Positions 39,749 through 49,229 of a stretch of 64,000 nucleotides of DNA are shown here, piece after piece. Location: assembly GCA_001788495.1 (NCBI GenBank), contig MGCF01000053.1, forward strand, positions 27,756 through 91,755, in the 5' to 3' direction. Within the stretch, counting starts at the first letter, position 1; each line of letters begins with the position of its first letter. The stretch comes from Candidatus Rokubacteria bacterium RIFCSPLOWO2_02_FULL_73_56 (GTDB taxonomy: Bacteria; Methylomirabilota; Methylomirabilia; Rokubacteriales; CSP1-6). The position numbers and the translations under genes were made by a program. The notes below the pieces were generated by a model. That model was given only the letters and a program-made list of their open reading frames with translations, did not search any database and had not been told where the DNA came from.

Positions 39749-39951
39749 CGCAGCAACCTGCGGGCGACCTGGGACTGGATCTCCTCCCGGCCCCACTCGG
39801 GGTGCCGGGCCGCGAGATAGGCGCCGAGCCGGTCGCGGACGAGCTCCCAGGTCTCGTGGGCCAAGCGCAGGCGCTCCATGCCGGACTTCGCGCGCAGCGC
39901 GCGCGCGACCTCGGGATGCACGGCCTCGATTCGCCCGCTCGTTGGAGCCAC
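39745..39951 (-). CDS. small protein (44-68 aa) translationally coupled to the nucleotidyltransferase gene; possible antitoxin-like partner
   Basis: ...MERLRLAHETWELVRDRLGAYLAARHPEWGREEIQSQVARRLLR. The stop overlaps the NTase GTG. The start is ambiguous (GTG 39951 or ATG 39879). Confidence 0.3.
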   Translation of the reverse strand: MAPTSGRIEAVHPEVARALRAKSGMERLRLAHETWELVRDRLGAYLAARHPEWGREEIQSQVARRLLR

Positions 39952-39986
39952 CCTTCGGCGGTGAGTGTAGCAGGTGCTGCACTGCC

Positions 39987-40348
39987 TCAGCGCCGCCGCC
40001 GCACCGCCGTGTGCCCGGCGTCCTCCCAGGCGGTCATCCCGCCCTCGAGGTCCCACAGTACACGACCACCTTCGCGTCCTTGCGCGCCGGCAGCTCGCCG
40101 CGGTGGGCCTGGATCGCGTCGAAGGGGATGAAGCGATCCGTGCGCTCGATCTCGCCCTGATAGGGGATGTGGACGTTGACGAAGAGGAAGTCCTTGCGGG
40201 CGAGCATGGCCGCGAGCGCCGCGGGCGTCACCGCCGTGAAGCTCCCGCCGCCGGCCACCGCGACCGGCCGTGCCCCCCGCGTCCTCCCCATGTCGCCTCC
40301 GTCGCGATCGGATCGCGGCGCCCGCCGGCGGGCCGCCGCGCGCAACAT
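39987..40348 (-). pseudogene. rhodanese-domain gene, disrupted (frameshift and missing catalytic loop)
   Basis: One frame gives ...FVNVHIPYQGEIERTDRFIPFDAIQAHRGELPARKDAKVVVYCG and then a stop. The rhodanese C-terminus ...LEGGMTAWEDAGHTAV continues in another frame. Only about 6 codons separate the Cys from GGxxAW, against about 25 expected. Confidence 0.4.
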
Positions 40349-40438
40349 TATATATGCGGTACATGCGCCGGGCCGCGCGACGGGGCGGACGCCCGGACTC
40401 GGCGCATGGGCGCTCCGAGCGCTGGGGACGCAGGCTGG

Positions 40439-41206
40439 TCAGCCGATGAGCCGCCCGCCCATCACGCGGATCGTGTCGCCCGTGACGTAGGCGGAGGCGT
40501 CGGAGGCGAGGAACACGCAGGCGTCGGCGATCTCCTCGGGCCGGCCGAGCCGGCCGAGCGGGATCTGCCGGAGCTGCTCGGGCGCGCCCGGCGGCGCCTG
40601 GCGGAACTCCGGGTACCAGTCGGCGTAGCGCCGCTCGGTGTCCATCGTGCCCGGCACCACCATGTTGGCGCGGATCCCGAACGGCCCGAGCTCGGCGGCC
40701 AGCGCCCGCACGAAACCGAGCAGCCCGGTCTTGGCCGCCGTGACCGCCGCGGTGTTCGCCCGGCCGGTGAGGCTCGACTGGCCGCCGATGGCGATGATGC
40801 TCCCCCGGCGGCGCTCCTTCATCGCGGGCACGACCGCGCGCGCCAGGTAGAAGGCCGAGTGGAGGTTGACGGCGAGCACGCGGTGCCACTCCTCGAGCGG
40901 GGTCTCGGTCAGGGCCCGGTGCGGCCGGATCGCCGCGTTGCAGACGAGGACGTCCACGGCGGGGAGCTCGGCGAGGGCCCGCGCGACCATCGCGTCCACC
41001 GCGGCCGGGTCGGCGACGTCGGCGAGCACGGGCACGACGCGCACGCCGGCCTTGCGGCACTCGGCGACGACGGCCTCCAGCTCGTCGCGGTTGACGCGCG
41101 TGTTCAGCACGAGGTCCGCGCCCTCGGCGGCGAGCGCGAGCGCGATCGCGCGCCCGATGTTGCGGCTGGCGCCCGTGACGAGCGCCGTCCGGCCCGCGAG
41201 CCTCAT
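40439..41206 (-). CDS. SDR family oxidoreductase (3-oxoacyl-ACP reductase-like)
   Basis: 255 aa from MRLAGRTALVTGASRNIGRAIA (TGxxxxG). The catalytic region is NTAAVTAAK. The ATG overlaps the upstream stop (ATGA). Confidence 0.85.
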   Translation of the reverse strand: MRLAGRTALVTGASRNIGRAIALALAAEGADLVLNTRVNRDELEAVVAECRKAGVRVVPVLADVADPAAVDAMVARALAELPAVDVLVCNAAIRPHRALTETPLEEWHRVLAVNLHSAFYLARAVVPAMKERRRGSIIAIGGQSSLTGRANTAAVTAAKTGLLGFVRALAAELGPFGIRANMVVPGTMDTERRYADWYPEFRQAPPGAPEQLRQIPLGRLGRPEEIADACVFLASDASAYVTGDTIRVMGGRLIG

Positions 41207-41979
41207 GCGACGTGGTGGCGGAGGAATCCCTCGATCATCGAGTTGACCTGCTCCGGGACCTCGAGCTGGCTGAAGTGGCCGGCGCCGACCGTCCAGCCGT
41301 TGACGACCTCGGGCAGCCACCCGGACATCAGGTGCGGCGGGTTGAGCGGCGGGTTGGCCGCCAGGTGCAGGGCCGGAACCGTGCACTTCGCCGCGACGGC
41401 CGGACCGTCGAAGGCCAGGATGCCCTTCATCGCGTTGGCCGCGACGTGCATCGGCGCGGCCATCATCACGGCGAGCACGTCGTCGACCAGCTTCCGCTCC
41501 GAGGTCGGCATGAACAGGTGCTGCGTGATGAACTGCCGGCGCGGCTCCTGGTTGCCGGCCTCGATGGCGGTCACGATCCCCTCGATCGCGGCCCGGAGCT
41601 CCGGCGGGAAGACGAACGGCGCCGGGTCCACCATGACGATCGCCGCGACGCGGTCCGGGTGCGCGGCGGCGAGCTGGAGCGCCGTGATGCCGCCCATGCT
41701 GTGGCCGACGGCGACGACCTTGCCCAGGCCGAGCTCGGCGATCACGTACGCCAGGTCGTCCACGTAGGCGGTGATCGGGTACGGGCCCTGGGGCTTGTCG
41801 CTCTCGCCGTGGCCGCGCAGGTCCACGGACACCACGCGGTGGGCGCGCGCGAAGTGCTCGGCCTGGGGGGCGAAGAACGCCCGGTTGCAGGTCCATCCGT
41901 GCACGAAGACGAACGCGGGCTTGCCTGCGCCCCGGTCCTCGTACGCGAGCTTGGTGCCGTTGTGGACGATCGTCGGCAT
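41203..41979 (-). CDS. alpha/beta hydrolase
   Basis: 258 aa with HGW oxyanion motif and GHSMGG nucleophile elbow. Confidence 0.8.
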   Translation of the reverse strand: MPTIVHNGTKLAYEDRGAGKPAFVFVHGWTCNRAFFAPQAEHFARAHRVVSVDLRGHGESDKPQGPYPITAYVDDLAYVIAELGLGKVVAVGHSMGGITALQLAAAHPDRVAAIVMVDPAPFVFPPELRAAIEGIVTAIEAGNQEPRRQFITQHLFMPTSERKLVDDVLAVMMAAPMHVAANAMKGILAFDGPAVAAKCTVPALHLAANPPLNPPHLMSGWLPEVVNGWTVGAGHFSQLEVPEQVNSMIEGFLRHHVA

Positions 41980-42133
41980 GGCCCCCTCCTTGTCCCCGCG
42001 TGCCGGGACGGCGCATCCGGGAGATCGTCATATACCACAACGGCGGCCGGCGCGGCGGCGGTAAACGGCGCGGGCGCCCGCGGCGTCGTACCCCTCAAAG
42101 GCGGGCGGCAGGCCCGCCGAAGGAGGCTCACCG

Positions 42134-42577
42134 ATGAGACGCACACTCTGGCTCCCGGCCCTCACCCTGGCCGTGGTCGCCCTCCTCGCCAGCTCCACCG
42201 TCGCGCTCGCCGACGACGCCGCGAAGGGTCGCGGCGCGCACCGGGGGAACCGGCTGCAGCAGCAGCTCGGGCTCAGCGAGGACCAGACCAGGGCCATCCA
42301 CGAGATCTACTCGCGCGAGGCCCAGTCCCGGAAGCAGCTCGGGCAGGGCCTGCGGCAGGCGCAGGCCGACCTCCGCCGCCTGGTCCTCACCGGCGCCGAC
42401 GAGGCGTCGATCCAGGCCAAGCAGGCCGAGGTGCAGACGCTCATGGCGGACGCCCTCCAGCGGCGCACGAACGCGCTGAAGGAGATCGCGCCCATCCTGA
42501 CGCCCGAGCAGCGCGCGAAGTTCGCGGAGCTCGCCGCGCAGGGCGGCCGCTTCCGCCACCGCGGGCCGCGCTCCTGA
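42134..42577 (+). CDS. periplasmic Spy/CpxP-family protein (LTxxQ motif)
   Basis: 147 aa with a signal peptide, LSEDQ and LTPEQ LTxxQ motifs, and GAAGGAGG RBS. Confidence 0.6.
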   Translation: MRRTLWLPALTLAVVALLASSTVALADDAAKGRGAHRGNRLQQQLGLSEDQTRAIHEIYSREAQSRKQLGQGLRQAQADLRRLVLTGADEASIQAKQAEVQTLMADALQRRTNALKEIAPILTPEQRAKFAELAAQGGRFRHRGPRS

Positions 42578-42584
42578 CCCCTCG

Positions 42585-42622
42585 CGCCGGCGAGGCGGGC
42601 GCACCCCGCCCCCTCGCCGGCG
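42585..42622 (+). terminator. GC-rich hairpin after spy-like gene
   Basis: cgccggcgagg...cctcgccggcg is an 11-bp inverted repeat with a 16-nt loop and no U-tract. Confidence 0.3.
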
Positions 42623-42754
42623 TCCCGTCACGCCCTCCGCAGGCTTTCCGCCTTGATGTAAGCTTCAGCGTGGCAAGCGGGGCCGTCCCCGCGTATCCCA
42701 CGGGCTCGAGGCCGCCGTGCCCGTCCGCGCGGCCGGCGGAAGAGGAGAGCGAGC

Positions 42755-44659
42755 GTGGCACTCACGGCGACCGTCTATCACGTGGATCTGACCCGCGGCA
42801 CCGTCGAGACCAGGACCGTGTCCGAGGACGTCTACCGCACGTACCCCGGCGGGAGCGCGCTCGCGGCGTACCTCCTGCTGCAGGCCATGCCGGCGGGCGC
42901 CGATCCGCTCGGCCCCGACAACGTGCTCGTGATGGCCGTGAGCCCGCTCACGGGCCTGGCCATCTCCGGGCAGAGCCGCATGACCGCCTGCGCGCGCTCG
43001 CCGCTCACCGGCGCCGTCGGCGACAGCCAGTGCGGCGGCTTCTTCCCCGCCGAGATGCGCACCGCGGGCGCCGACGCGTTCGTCTTCACGGGCCAGGCGA
43101 CGGCGCCCGTCTACCTCTGGCTCCACGACGGCCGGGCCGAGCTCCGGCCCGCCGGGCACCTCTGGGGCAAGGTCACGGCCGACGTCGACCGCCTCCTCAA
43201 GGAGGAGGTCGGCGATCCGAAGGCCGAGGTCGCGCAGATCGGCCCGGCGGGCGAGAACCGCGTGCGCTTCGCCGCGATCATGAACATGGTCAACCGCGCC
43301 AACGGCCGCACGGGCATGGGCGCGGTGATGGGCGCCAAGCGCCTCAAGGCGGTCGTCGTGCGCGGGAGCAAGCCGCCGAAGCCGGCGGATCCGGAGAAGT
43401 TCCGCGAGCTGACCAAGCGCCTCAAGGCCCTGCAGGAGGCGAACCCCGGCATCGGCTGGTTCGGCGAGTTCGGCACGGCCGGCGTGCTCGCCATCCAGGA
43501 CAAGATGGGCGGGCTGCCGACGCGGAACTACGACGAGGGGACCTTCGAGGACGCCCGGGCGATCGACGGCTCGACGCTCGCCAAGACCCTCCTGAAGGAG
43601 CGGGACACCTGCTACGCGTGCGTGATCAAGTGCAAGCGGGTCGTCGAGGTCCACGAGCCCGGCCTCGACGTCGATCCGGTCTACGGCGGCCCCGAGTACG
43701 AGACGCTCGCGCTCTTCGGCTCGATGTGCGGCGTCGGCGACCTCAAGCTCCTGTCCCGGGCCTCGGCCGACGCGAACAAGTACGGCATGGACACGATCTC
43801 GTGCGGCGGGACCATCGCGTGGGCGATGGAGGCGAAGGCCAAGGGGCTCCTCGACGACCAGGGCCTCGGCCTCGCCTTCGGCGACGGCCAGTCCCTGCTG
43901 CGCGCCATCGAGGCGATCGCGCTCCGCCGGGGCGTCGGCGACCTGCTGGCCGAGGGCAGCCGGCGCGCGGCCGAGCGGCTCGGCCCCGCCGCCGTGGACC
44001 TCACCGTCACCGCGAAGGGGCAGGAGCTGCCCGCGCACATGCCGCAGCACAAGCGCTCGCTCGGGCTCATCTACGCGGTGAACCCCTTCGGCGCCGACCA
44101 CCAGTCCTCCGAGCACGACTCGATGCTCAAGGCCAAGCCCGGGAGCCTGCAGCGCCGCCGCCTCGCCGAGCTCGGCGAGTTCGGCGACCTGGACCTGCGC
44201 GACCTCTCCGACGACAAGGTCCGCTTCGCGTACCGCACGCAGTGCTTCTACTCGGCCCTCGACTCGCTCGGGCTCTGCCAGTTCGTGTGGGGCCCCTCGT
44301 GGCAGCTCTACGGGCCGGCGGAGACCGTCGAGTTCGTGCGCTACGCCACCGGCTGGGACGCGACCATGGACGAGGTGCTCACCATGGGCGAGCGGCGGCT
44401 GCACCTGCTGCGCGGCTTCAACGCCCGCGAGGGGATCGGCAAGAACGCCGACACGCTGCCGAAGAAGCTCTTCCAGCCGCTCGGCGGCAAGGGTCCGACG
44501 GCGGGCGTGGCGCTCACGCCCGAGGAGTTCGAGCGCGCCCGGGCCACGTACTACGCGCTCGCCGGCTGCGATCCGGCCACCGGCTACCCGACGCGGGCCA
44601 AGCTCGGCGCGCTCGGGCTCGCCTGGCTCGCGGAGCAGGTCCCCGCGCCGCCGCGCTAG
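42755..44659 (+). CDS. aldehyde:ferredoxin oxidoreductase (tungsten/molybdopterin AOR family)
   Basis: 634 aa with a GTG start and AGAGGAGAG RBS. AOR N-domain and 4Fe-4S Cys motifs (CYACVIKC) are present. Confidence 0.85.
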   Translation: MALTATVYHVDLTRGTVETRTVSEDVYRTYPGGSALAAYLLLQAMPAGADPLGPDNVLVMAVSPLTGLAISGQSRMTACARSPLTGAVGDSQCGGFFPAEMRTAGADAFVFTGQATAPVYLWLHDGRAELRPAGHLWGKVTADVDRLLKEEVGDPKAEVAQIGPAGENRVRFAAIMNMVNRANGRTGMGAVMGAKRLKAVVVRGSKPPKPADPEKFRELTKRLKALQEANPGIGWFGEFGTAGVLAIQDKMGGLPTRNYDEGTFEDARAIDGSTLAKTLLKERDTCYACVIKCKRVVEVHEPGLDVDPVYGGPEYETLALFGSMCGVGDLKLLSRASADANKYGMDTISCGGTIAWAMEAKAKGLLDDQGLGLAFGDGQSLLRAIEAIALRRGVGDLLAEGSRRAAERLGPAAVDLTVTAKGQELPAHMPQHKRSLGLIYAVNPFGADHQSSEHDSMLKAKPGSLQRRRLAELGEFGDLDLRDLSDDKVRFAYRTQCFYSALDSLGLCQFVWGPSWQLYGPAETVEFVRYATGWDATMDEVLTMGERRLHLLRGFNAREGIGKNADTLPKKLFQPLGGKGPTAGVALTPEEFERARATYYALAGCDPATGYPTRAKLGALGLAWLAEQVPAPPR

Positions 44660-45867
44660 TGCCCGGCCGGGTGGTTCCAGTCCGGGAGCAGGACGATGCT
44701 GTTGGGGTTGAAGCCGCTCTTCCGCAGCGTGTCCACCCTGCCGACGACCTCCCCCTTCTGGAGATCGATCACGGTGATCGAGCCGTCGCTCATCCCCGGC
44801 AGGCTCAGCAGCGCGTTCTGCACGAACGCGTAGCGCCAGTCCTTCGTGAACGCGACGTGGTGCGCGCCCTCGGCGGCCGGCAGGCTCTTCAGGAGCTTCG
44901 GGCGGCCGCCCTGCGAGATGTCGAAGATGTGCAGGTGCCCCGGCTTGGCCGTGGTCACATAGAGCCGATCGCCTCTGGGGCTGACGTAGATCTCCAGCGG
45001 GACGCCGCTCTTCGTCGTCGCGAAGTCGAACACCTGCGCCACGTCGAGGTCGCGCTTCGCCGGGTTCCAGGTCGCCGCCCACAACGTGCCCCCGTACATG
45101 TTCGTGACGTAGGCGACGGGCGGGCTCGACCCCGGCACGAAGAGGACCTCGACCGGCGCCGCGCCGGCAGGTGAGGGCTTGGCGCTGACCTTGTGGGACG
45201 CGAGCGCCGTGCCCGTGCTGAGCTCGAGCACCGTGATCGTCTCGCCGGCGTCCTTCAGGTCGGTCGCGCGCACGGTGCTGGTGACGAGCATGCGGTCGAT
45301 CCCCTCGTGGATCGCGATGCCGTGCGGGTACGGCTTCGGCAGCGCGATGCTGCGAAGCGGGCGGTCGTTGACCGCGTCGCCGACCACGACGTTCTGGGAC
45401 CCCATGCAGGTCAGGTACCAGGTGCGGTTGTCGTCGCTGAAGACGAGGTCCTCCCCCACCTTGCAGTCCGGCACCGCGATCGTCTTGAGCTCGAGCGGCC
45501 GGCGCCGCATGTCGATCACGCGCAGCTCGCCCTTCCCCAGCGCGGTGACGTAGGCCTTGCTCGCGTCCTTGTTGTAGAAGATGTGGTGGGCGATGACGTC
45601 GGGCGGGATCGGGAGGTCGGTGACGATCTTGCCGAAGTTCTTCGACTGCGGGTCGACGTCCACGACCGCGATGCCCTCGCGCCGGCCGTTGGGGCTCACG
45701 GGAACGCGCAGGGCCTTGAGCGAGTCCTCGGGCTTGGTCTCGTAGTTCATCAGCGCGAGGATCTCGGCGCGCGCGGCGGTGGGCGGGAGCGTGAGGGCGG
45801 TGAGCCCGACGGCGATGACGATCGCGGCGAATCCGAGTGATCGCTTCATCATCCTGGGAATCTCCAT
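44656..45867 (-). CDS. secreted beta-propeller repeat protein (YVTN/lactonase-like fold), function unknown
   Basis: 403 aa with a signal peptide and repeated YVT/blade-like segments. Its stop overlaps the AOR stop in CTAG. Confidence 0.55.
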   Translation of the reverse strand: MEIPRMMKRSLGFAAIVIAVGLTALTLPPTAARAEILALMNYETKPEDSLKALRVPVSPNGRREGIAVVDVDPQSKNFGKIVTDLPIPPDVIAHHIFYNKDASKAYVTALGKGELRVIDMRRRPLELKTIAVPDCKVGEDLVFSDDNRTWYLTCMGSQNVVVGDAVNDRPLRSIALPKPYPHGIAIHEGIDRMLVTSTVRATDLKDAGETITVLELSTGTALASHKVSAKPSPAGAAPVEVLFVPGSSPPVAYVTNMYGGTLWAATWNPAKRDLDVAQVFDFATTKSGVPLEIYVSPRGDRLYVTTAKPGHLHIFDISQGGRPKLLKSLPAAEGAHHVAFTKDWRYAFVQNALLSLPGMSDGSITVIDLQKGEVVGRVDTLRKSGFNPNSIVLLPDWNHPAGH

Positions 45868-45923
45868 TTCGGTGGCCCAGCGGCCAGCAAGAGACGACGG
45901 TTTCGAGGTAGAGCAAGCGTATC

Positions 45924-47372
45924 ATGCTCGTCGTGCAAGTGCATCACCGCGTCGCCGTCCTGTCTGTCGCCGGCCTTGCCTTCGCGCCGCCGGCGGCCGC
46001 GCACGGCCTCGCCGAGCGCTACGCCCTGCCGATCCCGCTCCCGCTCTACCTGGCCGGCGCGGCCGCGACGGTGGCCGTCTCCTTCGCGCTGCTGGCGGTG
46101 TTCGCGCGCCGGGAGTGGCGCGCGGACTATCCCCGCTACGACCTCTCGCGCTGGCGGCTGCTCCGCGCCCTGGCGTCGCCGGGCGTCCTCCTCGGCTGCC
46201 GCCTCGCGGCCCTCGCGCTGCTCGCCCTGATCGTCGCCGCGGCGTTCCTCGGGCCCCAGAGCCCCTTCAAGAACCTCGCGCCCGTCATGGTGTGGGTCAT
46301 CGGCTGGGTCGGCCTCGCCTTCCTCTGCGTCCTCGTCGGCGACGTCTGGAATCTCCTGAGCCCGTGGTCGACGGTCTTCACGTGGGCCGAGGCCCTCGCG
46401 GCGCGCCTCCGGCCGGGCCGGCGCCTCGCCCTCGCCAGGCCCTGGCCCGCCCGGCTCGGGGCGTGGCCCGCGGTCGGCCTCTTCCTGGTCTTCGCCTGGC
46501 TGGAGCTCGTGTGGCCGGGGCGCGACCACCCGCGGAGCCTCGGGGCCGCGCTCCTCGTCTACTCGGCGCTCACGTGGACGGGCATGCTGGTCTTCGGGCG
46601 CGAGGCGTGGCTCGGCGGCGGCGATCCGCTCGCGATCTTCTTCCGGCTGCTCGCCCGCTTCGCCCCCGCCGAGATCGTGACGAGCGGCGCCACGGGGCCG
46701 CGCGTGATCGTGCGCCCGCCGGCGGTGGGGCTCCTCACCGAGGAGCCGGTCCATCGCTCGATCCTCGTCTTCGTCCTCGTCGTGCTGTCGACCGTGACCT
46801 TCGACGGGTTCACCGAGACGCCGCTCTGGAGCGCGATCCGGGACACCCTGCTCGGCGGCCAGCCCGAGCGGCTCGCCCTGAGCCTCGGGCTCCTGGCGTT
46901 CCCGCTCCTCTTCCTCGGCCTCTACCTGCTCTTCGCCCGGCTCATGGCGCGCGCCACGGCGCACAGCCGGCCCGCGTCGGAGCTCGGACGCCGCTTCGTG
47001 CTCACGCTGCTCCCGATCGCCATCGCGTACCACATCGCGCACTACCTGCCCTTCCTGCTCCTCGCGGGCCAGCTGGTGATCCCCCTCGCCTCCGACCCCT
47101 TCGGCCGCGGCTGGGATCTCTTCGGCACCGCGCTCTATCGCCTGGACGTCGGCGTGGTCGACGCCCGCTTCATCTGGTTCACGGCCGTGGCCGCGATCGT
47201 GGCGGGCCACGTGGTCTCCATCGTCCTCGCGCACGCCACGGCCGGGCGCCTCTTCGCCGGCTCCCGCCTGGCCCTCCGCAGCCAGTACCCGCTGCTGGTC
47301 CTGATGGTGACGTACACGATGGTGAGCCTCTGGATCCTCGCGCAGCCGGTCGTGGAGACCGCGCCGGGCTGA
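45924..47372 (+). CDS. polytopic membrane protein (about 12 TM), unknown function
   Basis: 482 aa, highly hydrophobic. A hairpin (ccgcgtc...gacgcgg) follows the stop at about 47409..47437. Confidence 0.5.
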   Translation: MLVVQVHHRVAVLSVAGLAFAPPAAAHGLAERYALPIPLPLYLAGAAATVAVSFALLAVFARREWRADYPRYDLSRWRLLRALASPGVLLGCRLAALALLALIVAAAFLGPQSPFKNLAPVMVWVIGWVGLAFLCVLVGDVWNLLSPWSTVFTWAEALAARLRPGRRLALARPWPARLGAWPAVGLFLVFAWLELVWPGRDHPRSLGAALLVYSALTWTGMLVFGREAWLGGGDPLAIFFRLLARFAPAEIVTSGATGPRVIVRPPAVGLLTEEPVHRSILVFVLVVLSTVTFDGFTETPLWSAIRDTLLGGQPERLALSLGLLAFPLLFLGLYLLFARLMARATAHSRPASELGRRFVLTLLPIAIAYHIAHYLPFLLLAGQLVIPLASDPFGRGWDLFGTALYRLDVGVVDARFIWFTAVAAIVAGHVVSIVLAHATAGRLFAGSRLALRSQYPLLVLMVTYTMVSLWILAQPVVETAPG

Positions 47373-47469
47373 GCCGGGCAGCGCGGCCTCCGCCGCGTCT
47401 CAGGCGCCGCCGACGCGGAGGACGCGGGCGTACGCTTCGGTGTCTTCCAGGAGAAGACGGACTGGGGGC

Positions 47470-47768
47470 GCGAGATGGCCGAGGCCTGGCCTGGGCGCCC
47501 CCGTGGCGCGCGGGCTCCCAGCGCTACTACCTCGCGCTCGCCGGGCTGGCCGGCGGGCTCTTCGCCTACTGCCACATCAGCTAGTACCCGTCGCACGCGT
47601 TCAGCCCGTCCTGGACCTTCGACGCCCTGCCCATGTGCGCGGTCCTCTACGTCTTCCTCAAGGAGTACCTTGCTGATCTTCGGCGCGCTCTTCGTCGTCA
47701 TCGCGCTGCTGCTCCCCGGGGGGCTGGTGCAGGCGGCCGCGCGCGCGCGGCGGCTCCTGGTCCGGTGA
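47470..47768 (+). pseudogene. remnant of a branched-chain amino-acid ABC permease (LivM/LivH-like) gene, fragmented across three frames
   Basis: Frame fragments are ...RYYLALAGLAGGLFAY-stop, ...SPSWTFDALPM... and ...LLIFGALFVVIALLLPGGLVQAAARARRLLVR-stop. The last resembles a Liv permease C-terminus. The intact liv cluster lies at 58.8-63.5 kb. Confidence 0.35.
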
Positions 47769-47911
47769 GCGGCCCCGCCCCGCGACCGCGCCCGCGGCAG
47801 GGTGCGGACGCTCCTGGCTAGGAACTATGATGCGGATGTCCGGTGATACTTTGGAAGCACCTTGCGGGCGCTTCGCGCCGCACGTTATCCTGCACGTGAT
47901 GCGCAAGAACG

Positions 47912-48124
47912 GTGATGCCCAGCAAGTCATCCATCGGTATGCGGATTGTCCCGGTATTATGCGCCGCCCTGTTACTCTTGAGCCTCCTAGAACTGGCGGG
48001 CCGGGAAAGGCCCGTACCGAACCACTACGTCGGCGAAATTCAAGTAACTGGAACGTATACGACAGTCAGACACTTCGATCGGATGTGGCCGAGGTATGGA
48101 CAGTCAAGCCCGGCTGGCCTGTAG
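47912..48124 (+). CDS. candidate small secreted peptide (about 60-70 aa) in low-GC patch; may be non-coding
   Basis: MRIVPVLCAALLLLSLLELAG... is signal-peptide-like. Codons are A/T-ending (tta, gta, cta, gaa, att, caa, aca), unlike the host. It overlaps a second ORF, 47827..48198. Confidence 0.2.
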   Translation: MMPSKSSIGMRIVPVLCAALLLLSLLELAGRERPVPNHYVGEIQVTGTYTTVRHFDRMWPRYGQSSPAGL

Positions 48125-48230
48125 CTGGTTCGATGCACACGCTGAAGAAGAGCAACGGCGCTTGGGTCGTCGCTGGGACAACGTCATGGATTCGGTAGGA
48201 CTGCTCATCAGAAATCACTGGCGCAGGACT

Positions 48231-48728
48231 ATGCCGAAGATCCTCCTAATCCAGGGCCCCAACATGAGCTATCTCGGCCGGCGACAACCGGAGCTCTATG
48301 GCGAGACCACCGCCGCGGAGCTGGATGCGATGTTGCTTGGGCACGCGCGGGCGAACAAGTACGAGCTCGGTATTTTCTACACGCAGAGCGAGAGCGAGGC
48401 GATCGCACGGCTCTACCGTGCGGTCGACGAGGGGATCGACGGTCTCGTGATGAACCCCGCGGCGTTTCTGTTTGCCGGTTTTGCGCTTCGCGACTGCCTC
48501 CGCGCGGTGCCGCTTCCATACGTCGAGGTCCACATGACCAATATCGAGAAGCGCGGCCTGCGCTCGATCCTGGCGGAGACCGGGGTGGGACTCATCGCCG
48601 GCTTCGGCGTCCAGTCGTATGTCTTGGGGCTTGAGGCGATGCTGCGGCACGTATCGGGGAAACGCGAAGCGCGGTCTCGCCCACCGCGCAAGCGCGGTCG
48701 CTCACGTGCCAGGCGGCCGGGTGAATGA
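48231..48728 (+). CDS. aroQ: type II 3-dehydroquinate dehydratase
   Basis: MPKILLIQGPNMSYLGRRQPELYG...VMNPAAF...VEVHMTNIEKRG are AroQ signatures. It has an unusual basic C-terminal tail (about 20 aa). GC is lower than in neighbouring genes. Confidence 0.8.
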   Translation: MPKILLIQGPNMSYLGRRQPELYGETTAAELDAMLLGHARANKYELGIFYTQSESEAIARLYRAVDEGIDGLVMNPAAFLFAGFALRDCLRAVPLPYVEVHMTNIEKRGLRSILAETGVGLIAGFGVQSYVLGLEAMLRHVSGKREARSRPPRKRGRSRARRPGE

Positions 48729-48848
48729 ACGGGTGCAAAAGGAGACGAGATCACAGTCCCGTCGAGATCATGGCTATCGAGCTGACGGCGCTGCGCGCTG
48801 CAGCTCATAGCCAGCGTTGGACGACACGGCAGAACGAGGTGTAGTGCG

Positions 48849-49229
48849 ATGGTGTTGTCCGGTCGCTTTGCGGCTCTCCGAGACAAGGCAAGACGCGGCT
48901 TCCGCGGATACCCGCTCGCTACGGTCGCCTATTACGGGCCGGACGCCAGCAGGGCTACAAAGGTCGCAGTGGGCGTCATCCTGAAAGAGGGAGACGAGCC
49001 CGACGCGCTCGAGCGCTGGCACTCCTCCGAGTCCGATGTCCGGTTCGACCAAGAGATCTGCGGGGCCGCCCTTGAGTTCATGGCGGCCCATCAGGTAAAG
49101 ACCATTGTTCTCAGTGCCGGGATCATCGGCTGCCCCCACGAGGAAGGCGTCGACTATCCGGAGGGGCAGAAGTGCGGGGCGTGCCCATATTGGGCGGATC
49201 GCGATCGATGGACCGGAAAGGCCAAGTGA
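48849..49229 (+). CDS. hypothetical protein (126 aa) with C-terminal Cys motifs
   Basis: ...IIGCPHEEGVDYPEGQKCGACPYWADRDRW. I recognise no family. GC is lower than in the surroundings. Confidence 0.4.
   Translation: MVLSGRFAALRDKARRGFRGYPLATVAYYGPDASRATKVAVGVILKEGDEPDALERWHSSESDVRFDQEICGAALEFMAAHQVKTIVLSAGIIGCPHEEGVDYPEGQKCGACPYWADRDRWTGKAK

Noticed and set aside
39987-41060. 357-aa ORF on the minus strand (RRARARRRR...)
   Set aside because: It is an Arg-rich shadow frame overlapping the SDR gene. Only its last segment corresponds to the frameshifted rhodanese C-terminus.
42650-42700. Possible sigma54 promoter (TGGCAAGCGGGGCC) upstream of the AOR gene
   Set aside because: The GG-N10-GC spacing does not fit the -24/-12 consensus on careful counting.
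47827-48198. 123-aa ORF overlapping the signal-peptide mini-ORF in the low-GC patch
   Set aside because: It is mutually exclusive with 47912..48124. It has no RBS and no recognisable sequence. At most one of the two can be real, possibly neither.
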